Below are positions 23,853-32,662 of a stretch of DNA of 32,662 nucleotides, piece after piece. Below the pieces are notes generated by a model. It ran no database searches. It had not been told where the DNA came from and saw nothing but the letters and a program-made list of their open reading frames with translations. Position 1 is the stretch's first letter, and every line of letters starts with the position of its first letter. This DNA is from Candidatus Nanopelagicales bacterium. Its GTDB lineage: Bacteria > Actinomycetota > Actinomycetes > S36-B12 > UBA5976. The translations under genes were made by a program, and so were the position numbers. The stretch is taken from contig JBIKSQ010000002.1 in assembly GCA_044348555.1 (NCBI GenBank), forward strand, positions 1 to 32,662, in the 5' to 3' direction.

Positions 23853-25373
23853 TTAATCGAGTAGCGGCCAATCTGGTTCGTAGCTTAAATTTTCTGTCGG
23901 GACCATTCCGTAAAGAAAAAAGTCATCAATCACGTTGTCCAAATCAGTTGAGCCTGACATGTAGCCTGTGTGGCCATCGCCGTTGAAGTTAATGTAAACC
24001 CCAATCCCAAGCTTGCTCGCCAAAGCGCGCGCCCATTCATCTGGCGTGGCTGGGTCATAAGTTGTTCCAATCACAACGATAGAAAAGTTGCTAAAGATGT
24101 TTAAATCCTGTGGCAACGGCGTAAACCCGCCAGGCCACCCTTCACATCCACCTTCACTCCAAGCCAAAACTTTGCCAGTGAATGGAGCTGCGGCTACAAA
24201 CTCAGCTTCAATGTCTTGTGGGGTAAGTCCGGAAGGCCCAAAATCTGCGCAGTTGATTGCGATGTTTGCAGCCACGCTGTTATCGGAATACCCGTCGTAC
24301 TCACGGCCCCAGAACCAGTCACTGATGTTTAACAACTCAGAGCCTTTGCCGCGAAATGCCATGCTCAAGCCTTCAATCAACCAGTCCCAACCGCCATTTG
24401 CCGCATACATTGCACCCAAAATTGCATTCCAAGCCTGAGATTCGCTGAGTGGTCGATCTGGATCAGATGTCTTCATTGGTTCTTGATCAAGTCGATCAAG
24501 AAGATCTTTAATGTTCTGCAAAATCTCGGTTTCGCTATCGCCCAAATCGCAGACAATCGCTGCTTCGATGCAGTATCTCGCAAAACGCGAAAGCGATAAA
24601 TCAAAACCCTTCGCTTGGCCCAGTGACAATTCTTTGGTGCTTAATGTGAAATCAACCGCACCATCGAGAACCATGTTTCCAATGTTTTCAGGAAATAGCA
24701 CTGCATACACGGCACCAAGTTGGGTGCCATAAGACTTGCCCAAGTAGTTGAGCTTTGCCTCGCCCATGACTGCCCGAAGCACATCTAAATCTTTCGCCGC
24801 CTCAACTGTTGAGACATGGCTGAGCAAATCACCAGTTCGCTCAAAACAGTTTTCATCGACCTGTTTTCCGAGTTCGAAAAATTCATCAACTTCAGCTGGA
24901 GTATCCGGGGTAGCTTCCGATGCTGCGTACTCATCTAATTCTTCATCTGTGAAGCAGGTAACTGCCGAACTTAGATTCACGCCGCGAGGATCAAATCCGA
25001 TTAAATCAAACTGGTCGATTATTGAGTTGGTGAATTGTGATTCGTAACTCCTTAAGTACTCAATTCCACTGCCGCCTGGTCCACCGGGATTCATAAACAA
25101 AGCTCCAGCCCGCTTGGCTGGTTTATCGGCTAAATGCCGACTGACTGCAATGTTGACCGTGTCACCAGCTGGTTCTGCGTAATCCATGGGAACAACAACG
25201 GTTGCACACTCAAAGAAGACATCGCAGTCTTCCCAAACGAGTTCTTGAGCGTAGTAATCCTCAAGTGAATTTGCTGAGAGTGAGTTTGATGGGAACGGTG
25301 TGGCATCGGAATGTCCGCAGGCACTAACAAACAGCGCAACAACAACGGCTACTGCAGACATCTTAAGTTTCAT
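23853..25373 (-). CDS. Lipoprotein alpha/beta hydrolase (tripeptidyl aminopeptidase-like, S33/TAP family)
   Basis: Lipobox MKLKMSAVAVVVALFVSAC|G. FMNPGGPGGSG oxyanion region, nucleophile GKSYGT, C-terminal NGDGHTGY His block. The start lies 2 nt after the holB stop. Confidence 0.8.
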   Translation of the reverse strand: MKLKMSAVAVVVALFVSACGHSDATPFPSNSLSANSLEDYYAQELVWEDCDVFFECATVVVPMDYAEPAGDTVNIAVSRHLADKPAKRAGALFMNPGGPGGSGIEYLRSYESQFTNSIIDQFDLIGFDPRGVNLSSAVTCFTDEELDEYAASEATPDTPAEVDEFFELGKQVDENCFERTGDLLSHVSTVEAAKDLDVLRAVMGEAKLNYLGKSYGTQLGAVYAVLFPENIGNMVLDGAVDFTLSTKELSLGQAKGFDLSLSRFARYCIEAAIVCDLGDSETEILQNIKDLLDRLDQEPMKTSDPDRPLSESQAWNAILGAMYAANGGWDWLIEGLSMAFRGKGSELLNISDWFWGREYDGYSDNSVAANIAINCADFGPSGLTPQDIEAEFVAAAPFTGKVLAWSEGGCEGWPGGFTPLPQDLNIFSNFSIVVIGTTYDPATPDEWARALASKLGIGVYINFNGDGHTGYMSGSTDLDNVIDDFFLYGMVPTENLSYEPDWPLLD

Positions 25374-25375
25374 TT

Positions 25376-26539
25376 TTATCCCCGAGCTAATTCGATTGTG
25401 AGTGATTCAAGAATCATTTGTGGCTGCGCGTTTGAACCCAAAAGTCTGCGCGCCCGTTCAATTGCTTCCATTCGAGCTCTGGTGTTGGTGAGTTTTGTGT
25501 TGGTTGCTAACTGTTGCAGTTCTACAGTCAGTTCAAGATTTACGACTTCAATTTCACCTTTACCAAGTTGTAGCACAAGAACATCCCGATAGTAGGACAA
25601 CAAATCAGTCAGTGCTTGATCAAGTCGATCCCGCACTGCTCGAGTGCGTCGAGACTTTTGACGGGTTTCTAGATCTTTGAACGCACCCCGGTTAGCCCGC
25701 TCGGCTCGCGCTTTGAGTGTTCCCGATGCGCCCACTGCAGTCATCAACGCCGCCTGTTCGGCTGCATCTTTTTCATCCATCTCAGCATTTGCTTGAGCGG
25801 TTGCAACCGCAACAATGTCTTTAGCAGCGTTGAAACACTCAGCTAAATCAGTCAATCGAGACGGCACCTGCATTATTTGTTGGCGCCGAGTTCGACTGGC
25901 TTCATCGGTTGCCAAAGCGCGTGCCCGACCCACATGCCCTTGCGCAACTCGCGATGTCATGTCCGCCATTGGCCGCGAAATTCCCTCAGCGACCAACAGA
26001 TTTGCCACATCTTGCCAAGCTGGGGTGGCTAACTGCAGCACTCGACAACGGGAGCGAATCGTGGGTAGCACGTCATCGGCGTTTGGTGTGCATAAAAGCC
26101 AAACCATGCTTGGACCAGGTTCTTCAATAGATTTGAGAAGCATGTTGCCACTTACATCACTTAGTCGATCAGCATCTTCAATGACTGTTACGCGATATCG
26201 ACCGCGGCTTGGTCGTATTGTCGATGCGCGCATTAGTTCTTCGGCTTCATCGCGGGTGATGGTGATTTGTTCTGGTACAAAGCGGGTGACATCTGGATGC
26301 GTATCGCTCAAAATTTGTTGGCAATCGGCACAAACTCCGCAGCCTTGCTGCTCACACACAAGTGCTGCCGCGAACAAGATTGCTGCGGTGCTGCGACCGG
26401 CGCCGGGCGGACCGGTCACCAGCCAAGCGTGAGTCATTGAAGAGGCTTTCTGGGTTAGATCCCCGTGTGCATCAACCACTGCGCGTTGGAGTTGTTCAAT
26501 CGCATTAGGTTGTCCGACCAGCCGCTCCCAGATGCTCAT
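25376..26539 (-). CDS. holB: DNA polymerase III subunit delta'
   Basis: LVGQPNAIEQL..., THAWLVTGPPGAGRST P-loop-like region, zinc module CGVCADCQ, and SRC motif TIRSRCRVL. Confidence 0.9.
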   Translation of the reverse strand: MSIWERLVGQPNAIEQLQRAVVDAHGDLTQKASSMTHAWLVTGPPGAGRSTAAILFAAALVCEQQGCGVCADCQQILSDTHPDVTRFVPEQITITRDEAEELMRASTIRPSRGRYRVTVIEDADRLSDVSGNMLLKSIEEPGPSMVWLLCTPNADDVLPTIRSRCRVLQLATPAWQDVANLLVAEGISRPMADMTSRVAQGHVGRARALATDEASRTRRQQIMQVPSRLTDLAECFNAAKDIVAVATAQANAEMDEKDAAEQAALMTAVGASGTLKARAERANRGAFKDLETRQKSRRTRAVRDRLDQALTDLLSYYRDVLVLQLGKGEIEVVNLELTVELQQLATNTKLTNTRARMEAIERARRLLGSNAQPQMILESLTIELARG

Positions 26540-27153
26540 TAGACCTCGAGTCTGGCAGTAACAGCAGCCAAAACTTCAGCAGCGATTTCTGCTACTGGCT
26601 TGCGGGCATCAATCACTAAGAATCTTTCAGGGCTAAGGCCTGCCAATTCTAAAAATGCCGATCGCACATCCGCATGCATCGATTCTGGAGCCGCCTCTAG
26701 TCGATTTGGCACTTCAACTCGGTCCAGCCCTTGGTCCGGGTGAACATCGAGCAAAATTGTGAGATCGGGCCAGAGGCCGTTGGTTGCCCAGTTGTTTATG
26801 TCCCGAACCTGCTCAATACCTAAGCCACGGCCAATTCCCTGATACGCGATTGAAGAGTCCACAAACCGGTCCGAGATGACAACCTTGCCTTGTGTCAATG
26901 CTGGTCGGATTTTTTTCGCAACATGCTCGGCGCGACTGGCTGCGAATAACAGCGCTTCAGTTCGATCATCGAGTCCCTCGTTAGCAAGATCTAAAACAAC
27001 ATTTCTGATTTGTTCCGCAACTGGAGTGCCACCAGGTTCACGAGTCATAACCACGCTTTTGCCTGCAGCTTCAAGCGAATCTGCAAGCAGTTTGGCCTGG
27101 GTGCTTTTACCCGCACCATCGCCACCTTCAAAGGTTATGAACAAGCCTGGCAT
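26539..27153 (-). CDS. tmk: dTMP (thymidylate) kinase
   Basis: FITFEGGDGAGKSTQ P-loop, TREPGGT, DRF(V)DSSIAYQG. The stop overlaps the holB ATG by 1 nt (TAATG). Confidence 0.95.
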   Translation of the reverse strand: MPGLFITFEGGDGAGKSTQAKLLADSLEAAGKSVVMTREPGGTPVAEQIRNVVLDLANEGLDDRTEALLFAASRAEHVAKKIRPALTQGKVVISDRFVDSSIAYQGIGRGLGIEQVRDINNWATNGLWPDLTILLDVHPDQGLDRVEVPNRLEAAPESMHADVRSAFLELAGLSPERFLVIDARKPVAEIAAEVLAAVTARLEV

Positions 27154-29870
27154 TACTCAGCCTCGGGCTCTACTGCTGCTTTTTTGACTGCTGCTTTTTT
27201 GGTAGCGGTCTTCTTTGCTGTTATCTTTTTGGCAGCGGTTTTTTTCGCAGCTGTTTTCTTGGTTGCGACTTTTTTGGTTGAGGGCTTCTTTGCAGCTGCT
27301 TTCTTCGCGCGCTTCTTTACTGGACCACGTTCTCGACGATCAGCTAGCAATTCTTGAGCACGTTCAACCGTTAGATTTTCTGGAGAGTCACCTACTCGCA
27401 GTGATGCGTTGGTTTCGCCATCAGTTACATATAGCCCAAAGCGGCCCTCGCGCAAAGTGATTTCCACACCTGACACGGGATCCTTGCCGTAAGTAGCAAG
27501 TGGTTCAGCAGGAGCGCCTCGACCTCGTTGTTTTGGTTGCGCGTAGATTGCAAGCGCTTCTTCCATTGTGATGTCAAAAATTTGCGACTCACTTGTGAGA
27601 GTGCGGGAGTCTGTACCTCTGCGCAGGTACGGGCCGTACCGACCATTTTGCGATGTGACTTCAACGCCGTCACTATCGACACCAACCACTCGCGGCAGGC
27701 TCATCAGTTTCATGGCATCTTCAAAAGTAATTGCAGTTACATCCATGTCTTTGAACAACGATGCTGTGCGCGGTTTAACTGCACCTCGACCTTTGGTTGG
27801 GACGCCTTCTGGAATGATCTCAGTGACATATGGTCCAAATCGACCAGTTTTTGCTACAACTGTGAATCCAGATTCTGGATGTTCGCCTAGCTCGCGATCG
27901 CCTCGAGGTAATGCAAAAATTTCATCGACCTTGGTTGGTGTTAGCTCGTCTGGGAAAATCAGATCAGCAGGGATATTTGCCCGCTCGTCATCCCGCTCAA
28001 GGTACGCACCATATTTTCCATTTCGCACAACTGCGGTTGAACCCGGAATCACAATCGAACCTGCCAACTTCATGTCAATCTTGGTTTCCCAATCTTGTAG
28101 AAGTTCTTTGAGGCCAAGCACATCCGAGTTCGAACCCCAATAGAAGTTCTTCAGCACTGAAACTTGATCTGCCTCACCAGCAGCAATCTGATCCAGCTTT
28201 GCTTCCATTGATGCCGTGAATTCGTAATCAACCAGTTCGGAGAAATACATCTCTAGCAGCTGAATCACGTTCATCGCATTCCATGAAGGAACCAGCGCGG
28301 TTCCGCGCTTATCTACATAGGCCCGGTTGGTTAGAAGACTCAAGGTTGCTGCATATGTAGATGGTCGGCCAATGCCGAGCTCTTCCATTTTTTTAATCAG
28401 CGAAGGTTCGGTGTATCGAGCTGGTGGTTTGGTTTTGTGACCAGCCGCCTGTACCTCTTCGGCCTGCAGGATCTGTCCCTCTTCAAGGTTAGGTAGACGA
28501 GATTCAGCATCATCTTCGCCTTCATCTTTGCCTAATTCATACGCATCTCGCCAACCCGGCAAAGTTGTGACAGTTCCAGATGCGCGAAACTCAACCTCTT
28601 CGCCGGTTGTTGCGGTTGCATCAATGATTGCGGTTGTGGTTGCTTCTTTTGAATCTACCATTTGCGAAGCCACAGTTCGTGACCAAATCATTTGGTATAG
28701 CTTCAACGAGTCGGCAGACAATTCACCGGCAACATCACGCGGAGTTCGGAACGATTCGCCTGCGGGACGAACTGCTTCGTGTGCTTCCTGCGCACCTTTT
28801 GCGTTTGCACCGTAGCGACGTGGTGAATCTGGAACCGTATCGGCACCGAACATTTCTTTTGCTTGTGAGCGTGCAGCGTTTGTGGCTTGCTCAGAAAGAC
28901 TGGAAGAATCAGTACGCATGTACGTGATGTAACCGCGTTGGTAGAGATCTTGTGCAATGCTCATAGTCAATGAAGATTTCCAGCGGAACTTTTTGCCGGC
29001 TTCTTGTTGTAGCGAAGAAGTTGTAAAGGGCACTGGTGGTTTCTTCGAGAAGAATTTCTGTTTGATTTCGCGAACCTTGAATGGTTGTCCCATTAGCGCT
29101 GCCGAAATTTTCTCAGCAGTTTCCATTCCAAGTAACAACGCGTTCGGTGCGATGAATTCACCGCGATCGTTGAAGGAGTCACCGCTGGCCAACTTTTGTC
29201 CGTTGATGGTTGCAGCTTGCGCTTTAAAGCCCGGTGTTAGTCGTGCGAACAAGTCGGCGTAGTCGGCGGAAATAAATGCCATCCGCTCGCGTTCCCGATC
29301 AACCACTAGCCGTAGTGCAACCGATTGCACACGACCAGCACTCTTGCCACTGGCCCTACGCTGGGTGACCCGACTCAATTCGTATCCGTAAAGCCGATCA
29401 AGTTTGCGTCGCGCCTCTTGGGCTTCCACCAAACTCATATTCAAATCTCTTGGGTTTGCTAGGGCGTGCTGAATTGCTTCCTTGGTGATTTCATGGAAAA
29501 CCATTCGATGCACTGGCACTTTTGGCTGCAATAGCTCGAGCAGGTGCCAAGAAATGGCTTCACCCTCGCGGTCCTCATCGGAGGCGAGATACAACTCATC
29601 GGCGGCTTTCACAGCGCGCTTCAATTCAGCGATAAGGGACCTTTTGTCCGAATTTGGCACATAAACAGCTTCGAAATCGGCATCAACGTTTACCCCAAGC
29701 CAAGCCCAGGACTCACCTTTGATATCCGCTGGAATTTCGGCAGCGCCATCTGGCAGATCCCTAATATGACCAACCGAGGCCATAACGGTGAATTCATCAC
29801 CTAGGTATTTCTCAATCGTCCGCGCCTTTGCTGGCGATTCCACGATTACCAAACGAGATGGTTTAGACAT
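27153..29870 (-). CDS. topA: DNA topoisomerase I with Lys/Ala-rich C-terminal tail
   Basis: TOPRIM start MSKPSRLVIVESPAKARTIEKYLG...GHIRDLP. Active-site region GYITYMRTDS. The C-terminal domains lack Zn-ribbon Cys, and the tail KKRAKKAAAKKPSTKKVATKKTAAKKTAAKKITAKKTATKKAAVKK (nt ~27156-27320) matches the actinobacterial type. The stop overlaps the tmk ATG by 1 nt (TAATG). Confidence 0.97.
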   Translation of the reverse strand: MSKPSRLVIVESPAKARTIEKYLGDEFTVMASVGHIRDLPDGAAEIPADIKGESWAWLGVNVDADFEAVYVPNSDKRSLIAELKRAVKAADELYLASDEDREGEAISWHLLELLQPKVPVHRMVFHEITKEAIQHALANPRDLNMSLVEAQEARRKLDRLYGYELSRVTQRRASGKSAGRVQSVALRLVVDRERERMAFISADYADLFARLTPGFKAQAATINGQKLASGDSFNDRGEFIAPNALLLGMETAEKISAALMGQPFKVREIKQKFFSKKPPVPFTTSSLQQEAGKKFRWKSSLTMSIAQDLYQRGYITYMRTDSSSLSEQATNAARSQAKEMFGADTVPDSPRRYGANAKGAQEAHEAVRPAGESFRTPRDVAGELSADSLKLYQMIWSRTVASQMVDSKEATTTAIIDATATTGEEVEFRASGTVTTLPGWRDAYELGKDEGEDDAESRLPNLEEGQILQAEEVQAAGHKTKPPARYTEPSLIKKMEELGIGRPSTYAATLSLLTNRAYVDKRGTALVPSWNAMNVIQLLEMYFSELVDYEFTASMEAKLDQIAAGEADQVSVLKNFYWGSNSDVLGLKELLQDWETKIDMKLAGSIVIPGSTAVVRNGKYGAYLERDDERANIPADLIFPDELTPTKVDEIFALPRGDRELGEHPESGFTVVAKTGRFGPYVTEIIPEGVPTKGRGAVKPRTASLFKDMDVTAITFEDAMKLMSLPRVVGVDSDGVEVTSQNGRYGPYLRRGTDSRTLTSESQIFDITMEEALAIYAQPKQRGRGAPAEPLATYGKDPVSGVEITLREGRFGLYVTDGETNASLRVGDSPENLTVERAQELLADRRERGPVKKRAKKAAAKKPSTKKVATKKTAAKKTAAKKITAKKTATKKAAVKKAAVEPEAE

Positions 29871-29976
29871 GCTCTCCCTGCCGTAGAGACCCTATATATA
29901 GGAGCCGAGGTTATTTCCCTTTTTCTAGTTTGGCGTATAACCCTGCCCTTTTGTCAAATTTCTCGGTGTGTCGCGG

Positions 29977-31107
29977 CTAGTTCCTAGGTGCTGGAACTAG
30001 TTCCAGGAGTCCAAGACCGACCAACTGCTTTACTGCCACCAGGGTCAGCGCCAACAGGTCAATTTCCTCGATTTCAAGGTGAATAGCCAACTCTTCCACC
30101 ACTTGGTCAATGTTTTTGGAGCCATCACACCGCTGTCGAATTTCATTCAAAAGCGCAGGGAGACCAATCGCACCCCGCCAGTTTTGAAATTCAGAGGCTT
30201 GAAAGTGCCCGAACAGAATTTGACCCGCCGAAAGCTCGCTCGCAGCTCTGAACAAATCAAGCTGCTCAAGCACTTCTTGGCCGTCTGGAATTCGGGCGGC
30301 AGATCGCAAATCTTCGATTACATGTGACGATTCAAAATCGGTTGCGACGGGTTTGCGAACGACCACCCAACCAAAAGCCACTGCTTGGGTAGACCATTCG
30401 GCAAGTCGTTGCAGCCATTCTTGTTTGAGAGATTTGTTTTCGGATAACCCTGCATCTTGTAACCAGGTTTCGACATATTGCTCAGGTAATTGGCTGTCTC
30501 GAAGTGTGACCCAAACATCACAATCGTTTGGCAACCATGCGGCAATTCGCTCTTCCCAAGATTCATTCGATGTCTCAAGCCAACTCAAAAGCACAACTGA
30601 TATTCCACCGGGGTTAAGAAAATCTGAAATGTTTTCTAAAAAGTGTTTGGCTAATCCATCGGCAGGCAAGGGTGATTCGCGATGTACTAAATCAGTGACT
30701 TGCCCAATCACAAACGGTGGATTTGAAACAACCAAATCAAATCTCTTATTCAAAGCTGGTTCAAACATAGAGCCCGCAGCTACCGTGATGTTTTGTAAAT
30801 CGTTTTCAAGCGCGGAAGCGTGCGTGTATCGCAATGCATTTTCGTCAACATCGGTGGCAAACACTTTGTCGCAATGGGTTGCTAGCGCAACCGCCTGCAC
30901 ACCTGATCCACAACCCAAATCCCATGCACTCGCGAAAGGAATGCGCGGCACTAGATGTAAAAGCGTGCGCGAGGCTCCGCCGGGTCCAACCACAATGTTG
31001 CTCGGTAGCGGTAAGCCGAAGGCCGGTAGCTCGTCGTGCAGAATCTGCAAACGACGGCCACCGGCCTCGATTTCGGTTTTACTTGTCAAGATTGACGAGA
31101 TCTTCAT
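29977..31107 (-). CDS. Class I SAM-dependent methyltransferase (NPPF motif, MTS/PrmC-RsmC-like) with C-terminal extension
   Basis: Motif I DLGCGSGVQAVALA, acidic TDVDENAL, motif IV VVSNPPFV. The ORF runs up to 31179, inside the hppA 3' end. ATG 31107, TTG 31089 or TTG 31053 are candidate true starts, and the choice cannot be settled from sequence alone. Confidence 0.75.
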   Translation of the reverse strand: MKISSILTSKTEIEAGGRRLQILHDELPAFGLPLPSNIVVGPGGASRTLLHLVPRIPFASAWDLGCGSGVQAVALATHCDKVFATDVDENALRYTHASALENDLQNITVAAGSMFEPALNKRFDLVVSNPPFVIGQVTDLVHRESPLPADGLAKHFLENISDFLNPGGISVVLLSWLETSNESWEERIAAWLPNDCDVWVTLRDSQLPEQYVETWLQDAGLSENKSLKQEWLQRLAEWSTQAVAFGWVVVRKPVATDFESSHVIEDLRSAARIPDGQEVLEQLDLFRAASELSAGQILFGHFQASEFQNWRGAIGLPALLNEIRQRCDGSKNIDQVVEELAIHLEIEEIDLLALTLVAVKQLVGLGLLELVPAPRN

Positions 31108-32662
31108 CCTCAAATGGATGTGTGATTTCTTCAGCCGCAGCGGCACCTGGTGTCCGCTTTGACCATGCAACCGCACCAATCACGATTGCAACAGAGATCG
31201 CGGTTGCGCCCCAACGAACTTGGTTGTCGTTAGCAAGGTGAGCTGTTACGACGGCTGGAGCAATCAAAAGTGCTACGAGGTTTATAACCTTGATCAGCGG
31301 GTTGATGGCCGGGCCAGCAGTGTCTTTGAATGGATCGCCAACTGTGTCGCCAATAACGGTTGCTGCGTGCGCTTCAGAGTTCTTGCCACCGAAGTGACCA
31401 TCTTCCACAAACTTCTTCGCGTTATCCCATGCGCCACCGGAGTTGGAAAGGAATACGGCCATGAGTGCACCAGCAGCGATTGTTCCGCTGAGGAATGCAC
31501 CAAGAGCTCCGATTCCAAGTCCAAAGCCCACCGCAACGGGTGTGAGAACAGCTAACAAGCCAGGGGTGGCCAGCTCGCGCAACGAATCGCGCGTTACCAA
31601 GTCAACGACCTTGCCGTATTCGGGCTTCTCGGTGCCTTCCATGATTCCTGGATGCTCCCGGAACTGACGCCGAACTTCATGGATAACTGCAGCAGCAGCG
31701 TGGGCAACCGCGTTAATAGCCAGGCCAGAGAACAAGAACACAACCGATGCGCCCAGAATCAGACCGACCAAGTTTGCAGGCTGCGCAACATCGAGAATAC
31801 CTAGATACTGGTAGACCGCTTCAGGGCTTAGATCTGGCGGAGGATTTCCGGCATCGATGTATTCGTTTGTCGCTGTAGTTACCGCATCACGGAATGAACC
31901 GAACAGTGCAGTGGCCGCGAGTACGGCGGTTGCGATTGCGATTCCCTTGGTGATTGCTTTTGTAGTGTTACCAACAGCATCCAACCGAGTAAGAACTGCA
32001 GCAGATTCACCGTGTACGTCGCCTGACATTTCAGCAATGCCTTGAGCGTTATCCGAAACTGGGCCGAACGTATCCATCGAAACGATTACGCCAACAGTGG
32101 TCAACAAACCAGTTCCAGCAAGCGCGATTGCGAACAATGAAAGAACTGCTGAGCCTGAACCCAGAATGAATGCCGAGTAAACCGCAACACAGATCAGAAC
32201 TGCAGAATAAACCGCTGATTCAAGCCCAAGTGAAATACCACTCAAGATAACCGTGGCTGGTCCAGTCAGGGAAGACTTCGCAACCTCATCAACTGGGCGA
32301 CGGTTTGTTTCAGTGAAGTATGCAGTCAGCATCTGAATTGCAGCAGCAAGTGCGATACCAATCAATACTGAGAAGATTGCAATCCGACGTGGGTTGGCAT
32401 CTGCAACCTGAGCAAGCGCTTCAACGTCAAAGCCAGGTAAATCACTCATCGTGACTGGTAGCAGGAAGTACGCCGCTACCGAGACCATCGCAGCAGAAAC
32501 TAATGCAGAGAGGAAGAAGCCACGGTTGATTGCGTCCATACCGTTTTTGTCTGACGGACGAGGAACCACTGCCAAAATACCGATAACTGCTGTGATAACA
32601 CCAATCGCAGGCACAACCAATGGGAACACGAGTCCGAGTTCACCAAACGAAGCTTTACCCAA
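31079..32662 (-). CDS. hppA: Membrane-bound proton-translocating pyrophosphatase, K+-independent type (5' end outside the window)
   Basis: DAVGNTTKAITKG (Lys in GNTTKA marks K+-independent enzymes), GDTVGDPFKDTAGPAINPLIKV, and DNAKKFVEDG. The ORF is open to the window edge at 32662. Confidence 0.95.
   Translation of the reverse strand: MGKASFGELGLVFPLVVPAIGVITAVIGILAVVPRPSDKNGMDAINRGFFLSALVSAAMVSVAAYFLLPVTMSDLPGFDVEALAQVADANPRRIAIFSVLIGIALAAAIQMLTAYFTETNRRPVDEVAKSSLTGPATVILSGISLGLESAVYSAVLICVAVYSAFILGSGSAVLSLFAIALAGTGLLTTVGVIVSMDTFGPVSDNAQGIAEMSGDVHGESAAVLTRLDAVGNTTKAITKGIAIATAVLAATALFGSFRDAVTTATNEYIDAGNPPPDLSPEAVYQYLGILDVAQPANLVGLILGASVVFLFSGLAINAVAHAAAAVIHEVRRQFREHPGIMEGTEKPEYGKVVDLVTRDSLRELATPGLLAVLTPVAVGFGLGIGALGAFLSGTIAAGALMAVFLSNSGGAWDNAKKFVEDGHFGGKNSEAHAATVIGDTVGDPFKDTAGPAINPLIKVINLVALLIAPAVVTAHLANDNQVRWGATAISVAIVIGAVAWSKRTPGAAAAEEITHPFEDEDLVNLDK

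Noticed and set aside
23847-23862. A 16-nt perfect palindrome, actcgattaatcgagt, between the convergent photolyase-like and lipoprotein hydrolase genes.
   Set aside because: The stem is short with a minimal loop and no flanking T/A runs, and it overlaps the hydrolase stop codon. It cannot be supported as a terminator or operator.
1-32662. A scan for CRISPR arrays, rRNA genes, transposases/IS elements and known defence-system genes.
   Set aside because: I recognised no regularly spaced direct repeats, rRNA-like sequence, DDE/serine/tyrosine recombinase motifs, or nuclease/helicase/defence-type ORFs on either strand.

Overview
This 32.7-kb window looks like a chromosomal segment of a moderate/low-GC Actinomycetota genome. 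That placement is inferred from the topA-tmk-holB arrangement, a Lys/Ala-rich TopA tail, frequent GTG/TTG starts and Tat/Sec-exported proteins. No search was run, so all family names come from motifs read by eye.

The right part (23.8-32.7 kb, all minus strand) is housekeeping: a 5'-truncated membrane H+-pyrophosphatase, a SAM-dependent methyltransferase, topA, tmk, holB and a lipoprotein alpha/beta-hydrolase. These genes are tightly packed, including two TAATG stop/start overlaps.

The rest is dominated by exported proteins:
- a 5'-truncated alpha/beta-hydrolase fused through one TM helix to an ABC ATPase, followed by an ABC-2 permease
- a GLUG-motif surface protein
- an Rrf2-TauE-secreted hydrolase operon
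- an NfeD-SPFH pair
- three tandem paralogous secreted proteins of unknown function with mosaic conservation
- a DsbA-like protein with a CPWS site
- a Tat-exported Rieske protein
- a phosphodiester-glycosidase-like protein with a 4x amplified internal module
- a 3x CBM-like repeat protein convergent with a GH16 glucanase plus Ig-like protein operon
- tRNA-Thr(CGU)
- a stand-alone SGNH-type hydrolase

The most interesting items are:
- the paralog array at 9.45-12.5 kb
- the hydrolase-ABC fusion
- a strongly SD-preceded 41-aa, 7-Cys mini-ORF absent from the ORF track (22234-22359)
- a photolyase-family gene with inverted domain order (FAD domain first), i.e. NewPHL-like

I found no CRISPR array, integrase, transposase or rRNA.
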